Below, in pieces: positions 54,596-64,000 of a DNA stretch of 64,000 nt. The notes beneath the pieces were generated by a model. The model ran no database searches. It saw only the letters and a program-made list of their open reading frames with translations, and was not told the DNA's origin. How positions within the stretch are numbered: the first letter of the stretch is position 1; each line of letters begins with the position of its first letter. The DNA is from an uncultured Gemmatimonadales bacterium (GTDB lineage Bacteria; Gemmatimonadota; Gemmatimonadetes; Gemmatimonadales; GWC2-71-9), in the NCBI GenBank assembly GCA_963798915.1, contig CAWCVB010000002.1:224001-288000 (forward strand), given 5' to 3'. Position numbers and translations under genes: made by a program.

Positions 54596-55957
54596 TCAGC
54601 GACGGGCCCGCAATGCACGCACGCGAACCAGATAATAGAGCACCGACCCAGCCAGTACAGCGGACATGTACAGCACCTCATGCAGGGTGGAATGCGCCAG
54701 CACCCAGAGCACCACGGCCGATGCGAGCAGGGCCACCGTGGGTCCGCCGGGTGCGCGGAAGCTGCCGGCGGGCCGCGGGCGCGTGTACCGCAAGCGCAGC
54801 GCGGCCAGGCAGACAGCCAGATAGATCAGCAGCAGCGCCATGCTCGCCAGCACGGCCAGCACCTGGAAGCCGCCGCTCAGGCTGAGCAGCAGGGTGACGG
54901 CCGCGAAGGCGATGATCGAAATCCACGGCGTATGGAAGCGCGGATGCACCCGTGCCAACGCCTGAGGCAGCATGCCGCTTTCCGACGCGGCCAGAAAGGC
55001 GCGCGGCGTGCCGATCATGTCGGCCGCCAGTGCGCCGAAGACGGCGACAGCGGTGCAGGCCACCACGATGCTGCGCCCCGGACCGGCGGCCAGCCGCTGG
55101 GCCAGGTCCGCGAGCGGCGTCGCGCTGCCATGGGCCAACTCGCTGCCCAGCACCCCCTGCGCCACCAGCTGGAGCACAACGTACAGCAGCACCAGCGCAC
55201 CCGCGGCGCCAAGAATTCCCCGTGGCACGGTCCGGGTGGGATCGCGAATCTCGCCGCTGGGCGTGAGCGCGCTCTCCATCCCACCAAAGGCGAAGAAGAG
55301 CACCAGCGTGCCGGCGCCCAGCTGCGACACCGAGGGCCACCCATTCCATGTCAGGTTGGACCATTGGACCGCCAGCAGACCAACCACGGCCAGCAGCAGC
55401 AGCGGCGCCAGCTTGGCCACTGTGGTGGCAACCGCGAGCCGGGTACCCTGGCGCACGCCCCTGATGTTGATGACGGCGAGGCTGCCAAAGAGCAGAACCA
55501 GACCGAACATGCGGGGCACACCGCCGGCAAGAGGTGGAAGGACCGTTGCCACCGCATCCAGCAGCACGTGGGCAATGGCGGCGTCGGACGCCGCCGACCA
55601 GATGATCGCAAAGACCACCCACGCCAGGAAACCCGACAGCGGCCCGAACGCCTCCTCGATGTAGGCCACGGACCCGCCGGATCGGGTGACTTGGCTGCCC
55701 ACCTCGGCAAAGCAGGTCAGTACCAGGATGATCAGGGCGCCGCAGACGAGATAGGCCAGGATCGCGGCGGGTCCCAGAATGGCGGCCACCACGGCGGGCA
55801 GCGCGAAGATGCCGGCGCCAATCGTCAGGTTGATGGCATTGGCGCCCAAAGCCCATGGGCCGATGGCGCGGACCAGCACCGACTCTGCCGCTGGTAGCGT
55901 CGGCGGAGTCGAGGCTGGCAAGACCGGGGCGGTGAATTCGCTGCCGGTAATTGTCAT
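54596..55957 (-). CDS. APC-family amino acid/polyamine permease (453 aa)
   Basis: IGAGIF in TM1, FAEVGS...SGGSVAYI, FFAFGGME, EIRDPTRTVPRG, HPRFHTPW; about 12 hydrophobic segments; ATGA overlap with K19 stop. Confidence 0.93.
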   Translation of the reverse strand: MTITGSEFTAPVLPASTPPTLPAAESVLVRAIGPWALGANAINLTIGAGIFALPAVVAAILGPAAILAYLVCGALIILVLTCFAEVGSQVTRSGGSVAYIEEAFGPLSGFLAWVVFAIIWSAASDAAIAHVLLDAVATVLPPLAGGVPRMFGLVLLFGSLAVINIRGVRQGTRLAVATTVAKLAPLLLLAVVGLLAVQWSNLTWNGWPSVSQLGAGTLVLFFAFGGMESALTPSGEIRDPTRTVPRGILGAAGALVLLYVVLQLVAQGVLGSELAHGSATPLADLAQRLAAGPGRSIVVACTAVAVFGALAADMIGTPRAFLAASESGMLPQALARVHPRFHTPWISIIAFAAVTLLLSLSGGFQVLAVLASMALLLIYLAVCLAALRLRYTRPRPAGSFRAPGGPTVALLASAVVLWVLAHSTLHEVLYMSAVLAGSVLYYLVRVRALRARR

Positions 55958-58695
55958 GGCGAGGCGAGCTTCAACTGCTTCAGTTCGGCACGCCAGTTGA
56001 AGATCACGTTGAGGGACGTCGCGTCACTGCCGCCGGCGGTCACCATCAGGAACCGGCGGCCATCGGGATGCACGTCGTACCCGCGGTAGTACTCCTGCAT
56101 CCCCAGCCCGGTGCCATCAAACAGCAAGTGCGGGACACCATGGGTGAACGAGCGTCCGGTGGTGACGGGGACCGCGTACATGTCACCCCGCTGACTTCGG
56201 AAGAAGAGCTCCTTCCCGTCTCGCCGCCAGAGCGGCTCGACACCTCCGCCGACCGATACCACGTAGCGCGCCGAGTCCACGTTGGGAAATGGACGAACAT
56301 GAACCTGTGGGGTGCCGGCTTCCGCGGAGACATAGGCCAGCCATTGGCCATCGGGCGAAAGTGCGATGGCATAATTGTCGTAGCGCGACGGGAGGATGGA
56401 ACGCGGCGTGCTGTCAACGCCGTTCCTGATCTGCATCAGGTGACGCGACCCGGGCCCCGAGCCTTCCGATCGGAAGAGGGTGAAGCGTCCCTGGGGATCG
56501 AAGAGGATCTCGTCAAGTCCGACGTCCGGGGGCGAAGCCGGTTCGGCGGCATCGCTCCCGTCGGCCCGGCGCATCCAGGCCGTGCGCCGGCCATCCCGGC
56601 TCGCGAGATAGGCGACCCGCTTGCCGTCGGGCGTCCAGACAGGGCGGTTAGCGCTGACGACGTCAAAAGAAAGTCGGCTGAGCGCGCCGGTGGCGAGTTG
56701 TTCGATCCAGATCTGGTCATCTCCCAATTCACTTCGCGTTACCGCGATCTGGCTGGCATCCGGGGAAAGAGCAAGTGCGGAAACGACCAGCGCCGGATCG
56801 GACGGAACCGCGGTCCGCTGGCCATCGCGGTCCACCCAGACCAGCCCGGCCCGGTCGCCGGATGTGGGCTGGTACACCAGGGTGCCGTTCGACGACACCG
56901 CGAATTGCACGGTGCCGTTGCTTCCGTCGGTCTGCACGTTGCGACGGACCAGCACGGGAGTTCCCGCGAGGCGACCGCCCCTCGCATCAAGCGGCGCCTC
57001 CAGAAGATTGCCCTCGGCGGTGCCGATCACGATCATGCCGCCGCCGATGTAGCGGACATAGGAGCCCGGGGCAAGATCGGTGACGGCGCCCGAGGCGACG
57101 TCGACGAGGCCGATATGGTTGGAGGTGATCGAGCCTTTCCAGACCATGACCAGCGCCTGCCGGCTGCCAGGCAGCACGTCGGGAAAGTCGAGTTCCTGGA
57201 TGGCCTGGGTCGAGTCCGGCCGGGCGATCCGCGTGACGGCGCCACCGGAGGATGATACGCGCGCCAGGTTGCGGCTGGCGTCGGTGAAGTAGATCTGGCC
57301 GTCATCGGCCCAGTCGGCTCCGCCGAACTGCGCCACGGAATCAGCGACCAGCGTGCGAGCGACTCCGCCGGTGAGCGCGATCACCTTGAGCGCGAGACGG
57401 CCTCCGTCAGCGGTGACGAATCCCACCGATTGCCCGTCAGGAGAGAAGAACGGCGCGAACGCGCCCTTGGTGTCAGGGAGCGGGCGGGCGGCGGGCTGGT
57501 CCAGTTCACGGACCCAGAGTGCGTTGTCTGCCCCGTTGGGCCCGACAAACACAACGCGCCGCCCGGAGGGGGCAATGGCGAGCCTGATATTGGCGATGGC
57601 GCGAACCCGGACGCTGTCGCCCAGGGTGATGGTCGCGTGCACCACCTCATCCGGCCCGACGCTGCCGGGGTCGGCTCCCTTTCCTCGCAGCATGAGACTT
57701 GCCGCGAGTGCCAGGACCGCCGCCACCGCAACGCCGATCAGCGCAAGGCTGCGGCGGTCGCGGATCCAGACGCGCGCGGGGCCAGCGGCATGCGCATCCA
57801 TTCCCGCCATGGTGTAGCCCGGATCGTTGAGCGCCTCGGCAAATTCCCTGGCGGTGGCGAACCGATCAGCGGGCAGGCGTTCGACGGCCTTGGCTACCGC
57901 CGCCGCGACGTTGGGTGGCACGGACTTCCGGAGCCGGGTGACCGGGGCCGCTTCCTCGGTCACGATCTTCATGATGATCTGCTGCGCCGAGGTGCCCATG
58001 TGAGGCGGCTCGCCGGTCAGCATTTCATAGAGCACGCTGCCGAGCGAATAGATATCGCTCCGGCCGGTGATCTCCTTGTCGGCGGTGGCCTGCTCGGGGC
58101 TCATGTAGTGCGGGGTGCCAAGCGACATCCCGGTCTCGGTCATCCGGCCGCCCGCGGCGGCACTCAAGGCCAGCGCAATGCCGAAGTCGGCCACCATGGG
58201 CCGGCCGTCGTGGAGGAGAATGTTCTCCGGCTTGATGTCGCGGTGGATCACCCCGTGGCGGTGGGCGTAGTCCAGGGCATCGGCCACGCTGGTGGCGATG
58301 CGCACCGACTCCTCAATGCCCAGCTGGGTCTCGCGGTCGAGCTTGCTGCGGAGGGTCTCGCCGTCGATGAACGGCATGACGTAGTACAGGAGGTCTACGG
58401 TCGACTGTCGACCGTCGACCGTCGACCGTTGACTGTCGACCCTGGCTATTCCCGAATCAAACAGCGGGAGAATGTGCGGATGCGAGAGTGCCGCGGTGGT
58501 CTTGATCTCGACCACGAAGCGCTCGGCGCCGATTACGGCGGCGAGCTCGGGCTTGAGGACCTTGAGCGCGACCTTGCGATCGTGCTTGAGGTCCTCGGCA
58601 AGATAGACCGTGGCCATGCCGCCCTGGCCCAGCTCACGCTCGATGCGGTAGCGGTCGGATAATGCGCTGGAAAGACGGGTGAGAGCGTCAGTCAT
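55954..58695 (-). CDS. K19: Ser/Thr kinase + TM + PD40/TolB-like beta-propeller (913 aa)
   Basis: Complete kinase motifs; TM LALIGVAVAAVLALAASLML; SPDG repeats; heptamer-repeat loop insert identical to K14. Confidence 0.94.
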   Translation of the reverse strand: MTDALTRLSSALSDRYRIERELGQGGMATVYLAEDLKHDRKVALKVLKPELAAVIGAERFVVEIKTTAALSHPHILPLFDSGIARVDSQRSTVDGRQSTVDLLYYVMPFIDGETLRSKLDRETQLGIEESVRIATSVADALDYAHRHGVIHRDIKPENILLHDGRPMVADFGIALALSAAAGGRMTETGMSLGTPHYMSPEQATADKEITGRSDIYSLGSVLYEMLTGEPPHMGTSAQQIIMKIVTEEAAPVTRLRKSVPPNVAAAVAKAVERLPADRFATAREFAEALNDPGYTMAGMDAHAAGPARVWIRDRRSLALIGVAVAAVLALAASLMLRGKGADPGSVGPDEVVHATITLGDSVRVRAIANIRLAIAPSGRRVVFVGPNGADNALWVRELDQPAARPLPDTKGAFAPFFSPDGQSVGFVTADGGRLALKVIALTGGVARTLVADSVAQFGGADWADDGQIYFTDASRNLARVSSSGGAVTRIARPDSTQAIQELDFPDVLPGSRQALVMVWKGSITSNHIGLVDVASGAVTDLAPGSYVRYIGGGMIVIGTAEGNLLEAPLDARGGRLAGTPVLVRRNVQTDGSNGTVQFAVSSNGTLVYQPTSGDRAGLVWVDRDGQRTAVPSDPALVVSALALSPDASQIAVTRSELGDDQIWIEQLATGALSRLSFDVVSANRPVWTPDGKRVAYLASRDGRRTAWMRRADGSDAAEPASPPDVGLDEILFDPQGRFTLFRSEGSGPGSRHLMQIRNGVDSTPRSILPSRYDNYAIALSPDGQWLAYVSAEAGTPQVHVRPFPNVDSARYVVSVGGGVEPLWRRDGKELFFRSQRGDMYAVPVTTGRSFTHGVPHLLFDGTGLGMQEYYRGYDVHPDGRRFLMVTAGGSDATSLNVIFNWRAELKQLKLASP
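58393..58441. repeat. Heptamer tandem repeat (GTCGACY-like x7) in K19, identical to 37095-37143
   Basis: Direct sequence comparison. Confidence 0.9.
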
Positions 58696-58757
58696 GGTGC
58701 ACTCCCGCTCGAGCGGTGGCCGTCGGCGACAGCGGGTGCCAGCCGATCTTGGTTCAT
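58692..58757 (-). CDS. Putative 21-aa mini-ORF MNQDRLAPAVADGHRSSGSAP (degenerate kinase start joined to kinase-like end)
   Basis: ATG 7 nt after the amidohydrolase stop; TGA overlaps the K19 ATG (ATGA at 58692-58695). Aligns to MTPDRLTAALADRYR (K12); the tail resembles the K6 end SGVAP. Confidence 0.5.
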   Translation of the reverse strand: MNQDRLAPAVADGHRSSGSAP

Positions 58758-58764
58758 GCTCCTG

Positions 58765-60219
58765 TCACCGGCCGGCACTGCTGGATGGCCACACGACCTC
58801 CCCCTGTTTGATGACTCGGTACACCCGCCGCACGTTGGCGATGTCCCGGGCGGGATCGGCGTCGAGCATCACCAGATCACCCGACTTGCCGGGCTCGAGC
58901 GTGCCGAAGTCACGCTCCCGATTCATGGCGCGGGCGCCATTGCGGGTCGCGTCCACCAGGACCTCCATCGGGGCAAGCCCGGCCTGCTGCATCAGGTCCA
59001 TTTCGCGGTAGACGGACGGACCGTGGAAGGTGCCTGGGTTGCCGGCATCGGTGCCCATCGCGACCACGATGCCGGCGTCGTGCACGCGCTTGAGATTGGC
59101 GAGCCCATTCTGCAGTGACGGGTTCGGCGGCGCGTGGGGCTGGGGTCCTCGCGCCCAGACCGGCCGGAGCGAGTCCGGGATACCGCGGCTGAATTGCGCC
59201 TTCGACGCGGAATCCACGCAGGCCGTCGGGTACGGGAGAGCGTCTGGGCTGGTCGCCATGTACGCGTTGGGATAGCCCTCGAGGACAGTCAGCGTCGGGG
59301 TATAGATGACGTGATGCTCCCGCGCGAGGGTCAGGAACTCGTCATCCACCGGCCCCGAAAAGACGCTGTGCACCAGGACCCGCGCGCCCGCGCGAATCGC
59401 GTCCTTCGCTTCCCAGAGCCCGGTGGCGTGGACGATCAGTGGCAGATGGACGCTGTCCGCTTCGGCACCGGCGACATGCACCAGCGCGCTGAAGTGCGCG
59501 CTGTCGGCAGATGTCCAGTTCCCCGGCACGATGTACCAGACCTTGATCGCGGCCGATCCCATCGCCGCGTGCGAGCGGACGGCGGCGCGAACCGCGGTGT
59601 CCGACGCCATGAAGACGAACTGCCGCTCATCGGGGAGATTGACGTCTACGTCAATGGTGCTGAGCAGCGCGCCGGCCGCGGCCACATGCGGCACATGCGG
59701 ATCGCGCTCGCCCCGGGCCTGGAACCCGCGGGTCCAGGGATAGCCGCCCACGTCGAAGGTGGCGGTGACGCCGGCGCAGAGATCCGCCCGGAAGAACCGC
59801 TCCGGGTGATCGCGCATCGACGCGACCACCGCCGGGTACTGGTGGCTGGCGCGGACGTCCGCCGCGTCGGGCCGGGCATCGAACCAGCCGGTCTGGCCGT
59901 AGTGGACGTGGGCATCCACCAGTCCAGGAATGATCCACTTGCCGCGCGCATCCACGATCGTCGCGCCGGACGGGACCGGTATTGCACTCGACCTTCCCAC
60001 CGCGACGATCCGGCCGTCCTGGATAAGCACCGCCCCATCCTGGATCGGCGCGGCACCCGTGCCGTCGATCAGCGTTCCGCCGCGTACGACGAGCGTTGGC
60101 GCTGCCGCGCGGGTCTGCTGGGCGGCGGCAGCAGCCGTGAACCAGACAACGGAAAGCAGGCAGAGCGAACCACTCCGCCATGCAGAGAGCCACGGCCGCT
60201 CGGCACGCGGGATCGACAT
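58765..60219 (-). CDS. Secreted metal-dependent amidohydrolase family protein (484 aa)
   Basis: Signal peptide ending AAAAAQQ; IIPGLVDAHVH metal site, IKVW, IVHAT, LVHS, MGTDAG, GTLEPGKSGDLV. Confidence 0.9.
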   Translation of the reverse strand: MSIPRAERPWLSAWRSGSLCLLSVVWFTAAAAAQQTRAAAPTLVVRGGTLIDGTGAAPIQDGAVLIQDGRIVAVGRSSAIPVPSGATIVDARGKWIIPGLVDAHVHYGQTGWFDARPDAADVRASHQYPAVVASMRDHPERFFRADLCAGVTATFDVGGYPWTRGFQARGERDPHVPHVAAAGALLSTIDVDVNLPDERQFVFMASDTAVRAAVRSHAAMGSAAIKVWYIVPGNWTSADSAHFSALVHVAGAEADSVHLPLIVHATGLWEAKDAIRAGARVLVHSVFSGPVDDEFLTLAREHHVIYTPTLTVLEGYPNAYMATSPDALPYPTACVDSASKAQFSRGIPDSLRPVWARGPQPHAPPNPSLQNGLANLKRVHDAGIVVAMGTDAGNPGTFHGPSVYREMDLMQQAGLAPMEVLVDATRNGARAMNRERDFGTLEPGKSGDLVMLDADPARDIANVRRVYRVIKQGEVVWPSSSAGR

Positions 60220-60480
60220 CGGTTACCACCTTGGATCGGGTTGATCGACCCGCTGCGCTGGCGTGGCGGGGAATCTGGAAGTAGAAGCTCTGTCCGTCGG
60301 GAGCGGCAATGTCGGGGGAATCCACTCCCAGAGTCTAATGCGGGAATCGCGGGACGGTTAGAGGGCGGTTCGGCCCCCGGCGCTTCCCCTCGTCGTCCCG
60401 GACCAGGGTGTGGCAGAACCCGCCCTGCCGCCCCATACTGAGTACGCTCGCGTCTGCGCTTCCTTCAACAGGCGGTTTCC

Positions 60481-63400
60481 GTGCGTGCTGCGCTCCGAGT
60501 CATCCTCGCTGCTTCCTTCCTTTCGGCTTCGGCCGCCGTGGCCGAAGCCCAGTCACCTGACACCTACGCCGAAATGCGCTGGCGCTCGATCGGCCCGCCC
60601 CGGGCGGGGCGCACCCGTGCCCTCGCCGGCGTGCCCAGCCAGCCGAACGTTTTCTATGCCGGGTTCGATAACGGCGGCGTCTGGCGATCCACCGACTACG
60701 GCTCCACCTGGCAGCCGATTTTCGATCAGGAGCCGACCGGTTCGATCGGCGCGATCGCCGTGGCCGCATCCGACCCGAGCATCATCTACGTCGGCACCGG
60801 CGCCGGCATCATCCGCCCCGACCTCTCGACCGGCAACGGTCTCTACAAGTCCACCGACGCCGGAAAGACCTGGACCCACCTGGGCCTCGACGAGACACAG
60901 ATGATCGCCTGGATCGCGATCGATCCGACCGACCCCAATCGGCTCTTCGTCGCGGCTCTCGGCCACCCCTACGGACCCAACGCCGAGCGAGGAATCTTCC
61001 GTTCTACCGACGGGGGAACCACCTGGGAAAAGGTGCTGTACCATGATGAGTACACCAGCGGGAACAGCGTCATCATTGATCCCGCCGATCCGAGCATCGT
61101 CTACGCCGCGCTCTGGCAGCAGCAGCAGAGTTTCCGGGAGGGGGATGAATTCGGTGGGGCCGGCAACGGCATCTTCAAGTCCACCGACGGCGGCACGACC
61201 TGGAAGCACCTGACCGAGGGCCTTCCCGATGCCATCGAGGCAAACCTGGCCGTGGCGCCGAGCGATCCCAGCCGGCTTTACGCAATGGTGGCCGGCGTGG
61301 CGCCAGCCGGTGCCAGGAACAAAGGAGGTCCGACCACCGGCGTCGTCGGTTTCTACACCTCCGCCGACCGTGGCGAGCACTGGACTGCAGTCGATGCACC
61401 GGGCATTCCGGCGGACACTTCGGGCCCCGCCGATCCGCGTCCGCTCGCGCGCATTGGCGGGGGCGATCTCCCCACGATCACCGTCGACCCGAAGCGCCCG
61501 AGCGTGGTCTACAGCTCGACCATTGTGCTCTGGCGCACCAGTGATGGCGGGCATACCTGGTCCGCAGTGCGCGGCTCTCCGGGCGGGGACGATTACCAGA
61601 ACACGTGGGTCAACCCGAACAACCCCGATATCCTCTTCGCGGTCTCCGACCAGGGGGCGGTGATCTCGGCCAACCACGGCGAATCGTGGAGCAACTGGTA
61701 TACCCAGCCGACCGCCGCGATGTATCACGTCACCACCGACAACGCCTTTCCCTATCGCGTCTGCGGCGGCCAACAGGATTCCGGCTCGGGATGTGTCGAC
61801 AGCAGGTCGATGGACGGCGAGATCACATTCCACGACTGGCATCCGGTCAACATCCAGGAATACGGCATCGCTGCGCCCGATCCCCGCGATCCCGACCTGG
61901 TCTACGGGAGCGGCCGCACCAACATCTCGCTGTACAATCGGCAAACCGGCCAGACCACTCACCTCGGTCCCGACGAGGTGGAGCGGGGCGAGGAGTATGG
62001 CCGCAATGTGCGAACGATGCCGCTTCACTGGTCGCCGGTCGCTCCCGATGTGCTCTTCTACGCCTCGAACGTCGTGTGGAAGAGCACTGATCACGGCCGG
62101 AGCTGGAGCCGGATAAGCCCCGACCTTGCGCGGCGGACGTGGACTGTGCCGGCCAGCGCCGGGAAGTACGCCGAGGGCGTCCACGCCGAGGCCAAGGGGG
62201 CGATTACCGCGTTGGCCCCCTCGCCGCGCGACGTGCAGGTGCTGTGGGCCGGGACCGACGACGGTGCCATTCAGATAACCAGTGATGGTGGCGCCACCTG
62301 GCGCAACGTGACGCCCGCCGCCATCAAGCCGTGGACTCGCATCTTCAACCTCGATGCCGGGCATTTCGATGCCTCCACCGCTTACGCCGCCGCCAACACG
62401 ATGCGGATCGATGACCCGGACCCGCACTTCTGGCGCACGCACGATGGCGGGAAGACCTGGAGCGAGATCGACACCGGCCTGGCACCGGGTGCCGTCGCGA
62501 ACGCGATCCGGGAGGATCCCAGGGTGCCGGGTCTGCTCTACGCCTCGACCGAGACGCAGGTCTGGGTCTCGTTCGATGATGGCGATCACTGGCAGTCACT
62601 CCGGCAGAACATGCCGGCGGTATCGGTGCGCGATCTCCAGGTGAAGGACGACACGAGCTGTCTCTGCGCCGACCTGGTGGCCGCTACTCACGGGCGAGGG
62701 TTCTGGATCCTCGACGACGTGACGCCCCTCCGCCAGGCGGCCGCAGCCTGGGCCGCGAAAGCCGCCTACCTCTTCAAACCCGCACCGGCGGTGCGGGTGC
62801 GCTTCGGTACCAACGATCCCACGCCCTGGCCGCCGGAGGTGCCGGCCGGCGAGAACCCGCCGCCGGGCGGGATCATCGACTACTACCTGGCCGCCGATGT
62901 ATCGGGCCCGGTCGCGCTCGAGATTCTCGATTCGGCGGGTGTGGTGGTCCGCTCATACTCCAGCGAAGACTCGGTGCTGGTGCCCGATCCTGCGCTCGAT
63001 CCGGCGGGTTACGAAAAAATCTGTCAGCGAGACTTCCGCGCGCCCGACTGCAATGTGCCGCTCTACTGGGCGGCGCCGCAGATGCGCCTCTCCACCAAGG
63101 CCGGTATGCATCGCTTCGGTTGGGACCTTCGCTTCGATCCGATCGGAGAGCGGGGTCCAGGTCGAGACAACGGGGCCGCCGTGCCGCACCGGACCTATCC
63201 CGCGGCATACGCGCCCTGGGCGCCGCCCGGCGCGTACACCGTGCGGCTCACCGTGGGTGGGACGCGCTACACTCAACCCCTCAAACTGCATCTCGACCCG
63301 CGAGTTACCACACCGGCGCCGGCGCTCGCTCGGCTCGCTGCGTTATCGCGGGAGATGTACGTCGGCGCCAGTACGGCGCATGCCGCTGCATTGCGAGCGC

Positions 63401-63771
63401 GGGCGCTGGCAGCCGTGCTCCGCAAGATGGACGGTAAGGACGTGGCCCGTTTCCGGGCGCAGGTTGAATCGTTGGCGCCCGCGCCGGTGGCCGGCACCGG
63501 CGGCCGGGTTCGCGGCCGGGGCCGCCCGGGCAGCGAGCAGCCCGCGCCCACCCTCGATGCCGTGAGCGCCGAAATGCTCGACGCGGCCATGGCGATGCAG
63601 GACGCGGACGTGGCGCCGACAGCGGAAGAAGTCGCGGCGTGCGCGCGGGCCCGCACCCATGCCGGGTCGGTGCTGCGGAAGTGGAACGCTTTGGTGGGGG
63701 ATCGTCTCCGGCAGCTCAATGCGCGGAGGAAGGCGGCGGGGCAGCCGGAGATTGCGGTGCCGAGCCCGTAA
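60481..63771 (+). CDS. Secreted VPS10/sortilin-like BNR (Asp-box) beta-propeller protein, often annotated as glycosyl hydrolase (1096 aa)
   Basis: Signal peptide; WRSIGP.RAGR; repeated S/T-x-D-x-G-x-T/S-W boxes; GGQQDSG; ATHGRGFWILDD; PGAYTVRLTV; helical C-terminal tail. Confidence 0.88.
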   Translation: MRAALRVILAASFLSASAAVAEAQSPDTYAEMRWRSIGPPRAGRTRALAGVPSQPNVFYAGFDNGGVWRSTDYGSTWQPIFDQEPTGSIGAIAVAASDPSIIYVGTGAGIIRPDLSTGNGLYKSTDAGKTWTHLGLDETQMIAWIAIDPTDPNRLFVAALGHPYGPNAERGIFRSTDGGTTWEKVLYHDEYTSGNSVIIDPADPSIVYAALWQQQQSFREGDEFGGAGNGIFKSTDGGTTWKHLTEGLPDAIEANLAVAPSDPSRLYAMVAGVAPAGARNKGGPTTGVVGFYTSADRGEHWTAVDAPGIPADTSGPADPRPLARIGGGDLPTITVDPKRPSVVYSSTIVLWRTSDGGHTWSAVRGSPGGDDYQNTWVNPNNPDILFAVSDQGAVISANHGESWSNWYTQPTAAMYHVTTDNAFPYRVCGGQQDSGSGCVDSRSMDGEITFHDWHPVNIQEYGIAAPDPRDPDLVYGSGRTNISLYNRQTGQTTHLGPDEVERGEEYGRNVRTMPLHWSPVAPDVLFYASNVVWKSTDHGRSWSRISPDLARRTWTVPASAGKYAEGVHAEAKGAITALAPSPRDVQVLWAGTDDGAIQITSDGGATWRNVTPAAIKPWTRIFNLDAGHFDASTAYAAANTMRIDDPDPHFWRTHDGGKTWSEIDTGLAPGAVANAIREDPRVPGLLYASTETQVWVSFDDGDHWQSLRQNMPAVSVRDLQVKDDTSCLCADLVAATHGRGFWILDDVTPLRQAAAAWAAKAAYLFKPAPAVRVRFGTNDPTPWPPEVPAGENPPPGGIIDYYLAADVSGPVALEILDSAGVVVRSYSSEDSVLVPDPALDPAGYEKICQRDFRAPDCNVPLYWAAPQMRLSTKAGMHRFGWDLRFDPIGERGPGRDNGAAVPHRTYPAAYAPWAPPGAYTVRLTVGGTRYTQPLKLHLDPRVTTPAPALARLAALSREMYVGASTAHAAALRARALAAVLRKMDGKDVARFRAQVESLAPAPVAGTGGRVRGRGRPGSEQPAPTLDAVSAEMLDAAMAMQDADVAPTAEEVAACARARTHAGSVLRKWNALVGDRLRQLNARRKAAGQPEIAVPSP

Positions 63772-63835
63772 GGCGGTCGCTGGCGGCTCGGCGGCGCGCG
63801 GTTGTTGTGGTGGAGCGGTTGCGATAAAGAGGCGC

Positions 63836-63886
63836 AAAAGGGAGTCGATGGCGGCAGGCGCGTTCTGCCACTCGCCATCGGCTCCC
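63836..63886. terminator. Long hairpin, likely intrinsic (possibly bidirectional) terminator
   Basis: 14-bp arms GGGAGTCGATGGCG (63840-63853) and CGCCATCGGCTCCC (63873-63886) with one G-U pair, plus an inner GCAG/CTGC stem. AAAA on the left gives a U-tract on the minus strand. Confidence 0.6.
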
Positions 63887-64000
63887 CATTGTCAGGCGAT
63901 GAACTCTACCGCGCGTTTCCCACTCCACGGTGCCGGACCAGTTGCCGGACGCTCGCGGAGAGTCTTGGCGGGATCGCTCGGCGCGCCGCCTGCGGGGTGT

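Noticed and set aside
50425..54681. 1418-aa peptidase-kinase fusion as a genuine single gene
   Set aside because: Better explained by a single-base insertion at about 53304. The alternate frame ends with the standard ATGA overlap. Kept only as a low-interest finding.
37075..58656. Near-identical tracts as DGR template/variable repeats
   Set aside because: Differences are few and not adenine-specific, the tracts lie in the conserved kinase rather than at C-termini, and no reverse transcriptase is seen.
60553..62589. 678-aa minus-strand ORF
   Set aside because: Antisense to the well-supported BNR/VPS10 gene, with no domain features.

Overview
High-GC (about 70% by eye) bacterial DNA, probably Gemmatimonadota. 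That assignment is an inference from the kinase family style, not a proof. The window is dominated by a giant co-oriented (minus-strand) tandem array of paralogous Hanks-type Ser/Thr receptor kinases. There are 20 copies, here called K0-K19 from left to right. K0-K17 run back-to-back over 1-45.3 kb, and the array continues off the left edge. K18 and K19 lie at 50.4-58.7 kb. All share a highly similar RD-kinase domain, usually followed by one TM helix and a variable C-terminal module: 14 TolB/PD40 beta-propellers, 4 TolB-like+TPR, and 1 FGE-sulfatase + alpha/beta-hydrolase. K0 is truncated, so its module is unseen. Nearly every junction is an ATGA/GTGA start-stop overlap. Most of the few gaps are bridged by unannotated mini-ORFs of about 20 codons that begin like a kinase N-terminus and keep the coupling chain intact. 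Three of these share a CCT-TCG (Pro-Ser) junction in the same register. Several kinases carry in-frame heptamer-repeat insertions in the same N-lobe loop, and near-identical DNA tracts shared between distant copies point to gene conversion or domain shuffling. The array is interrupted by a plus-strand GltD-like flavoprotein/korA/korB operon. The right end encodes a YiiX-like permuted NlpC/P60 enzyme, an APC permease, an amidohydrolase and a VPS10/BNR-repeat protein. Four frameshifts are present and may be sequencing errors. No rRNA, tRNA, CRISPR array or transposase/integrase was recognised.
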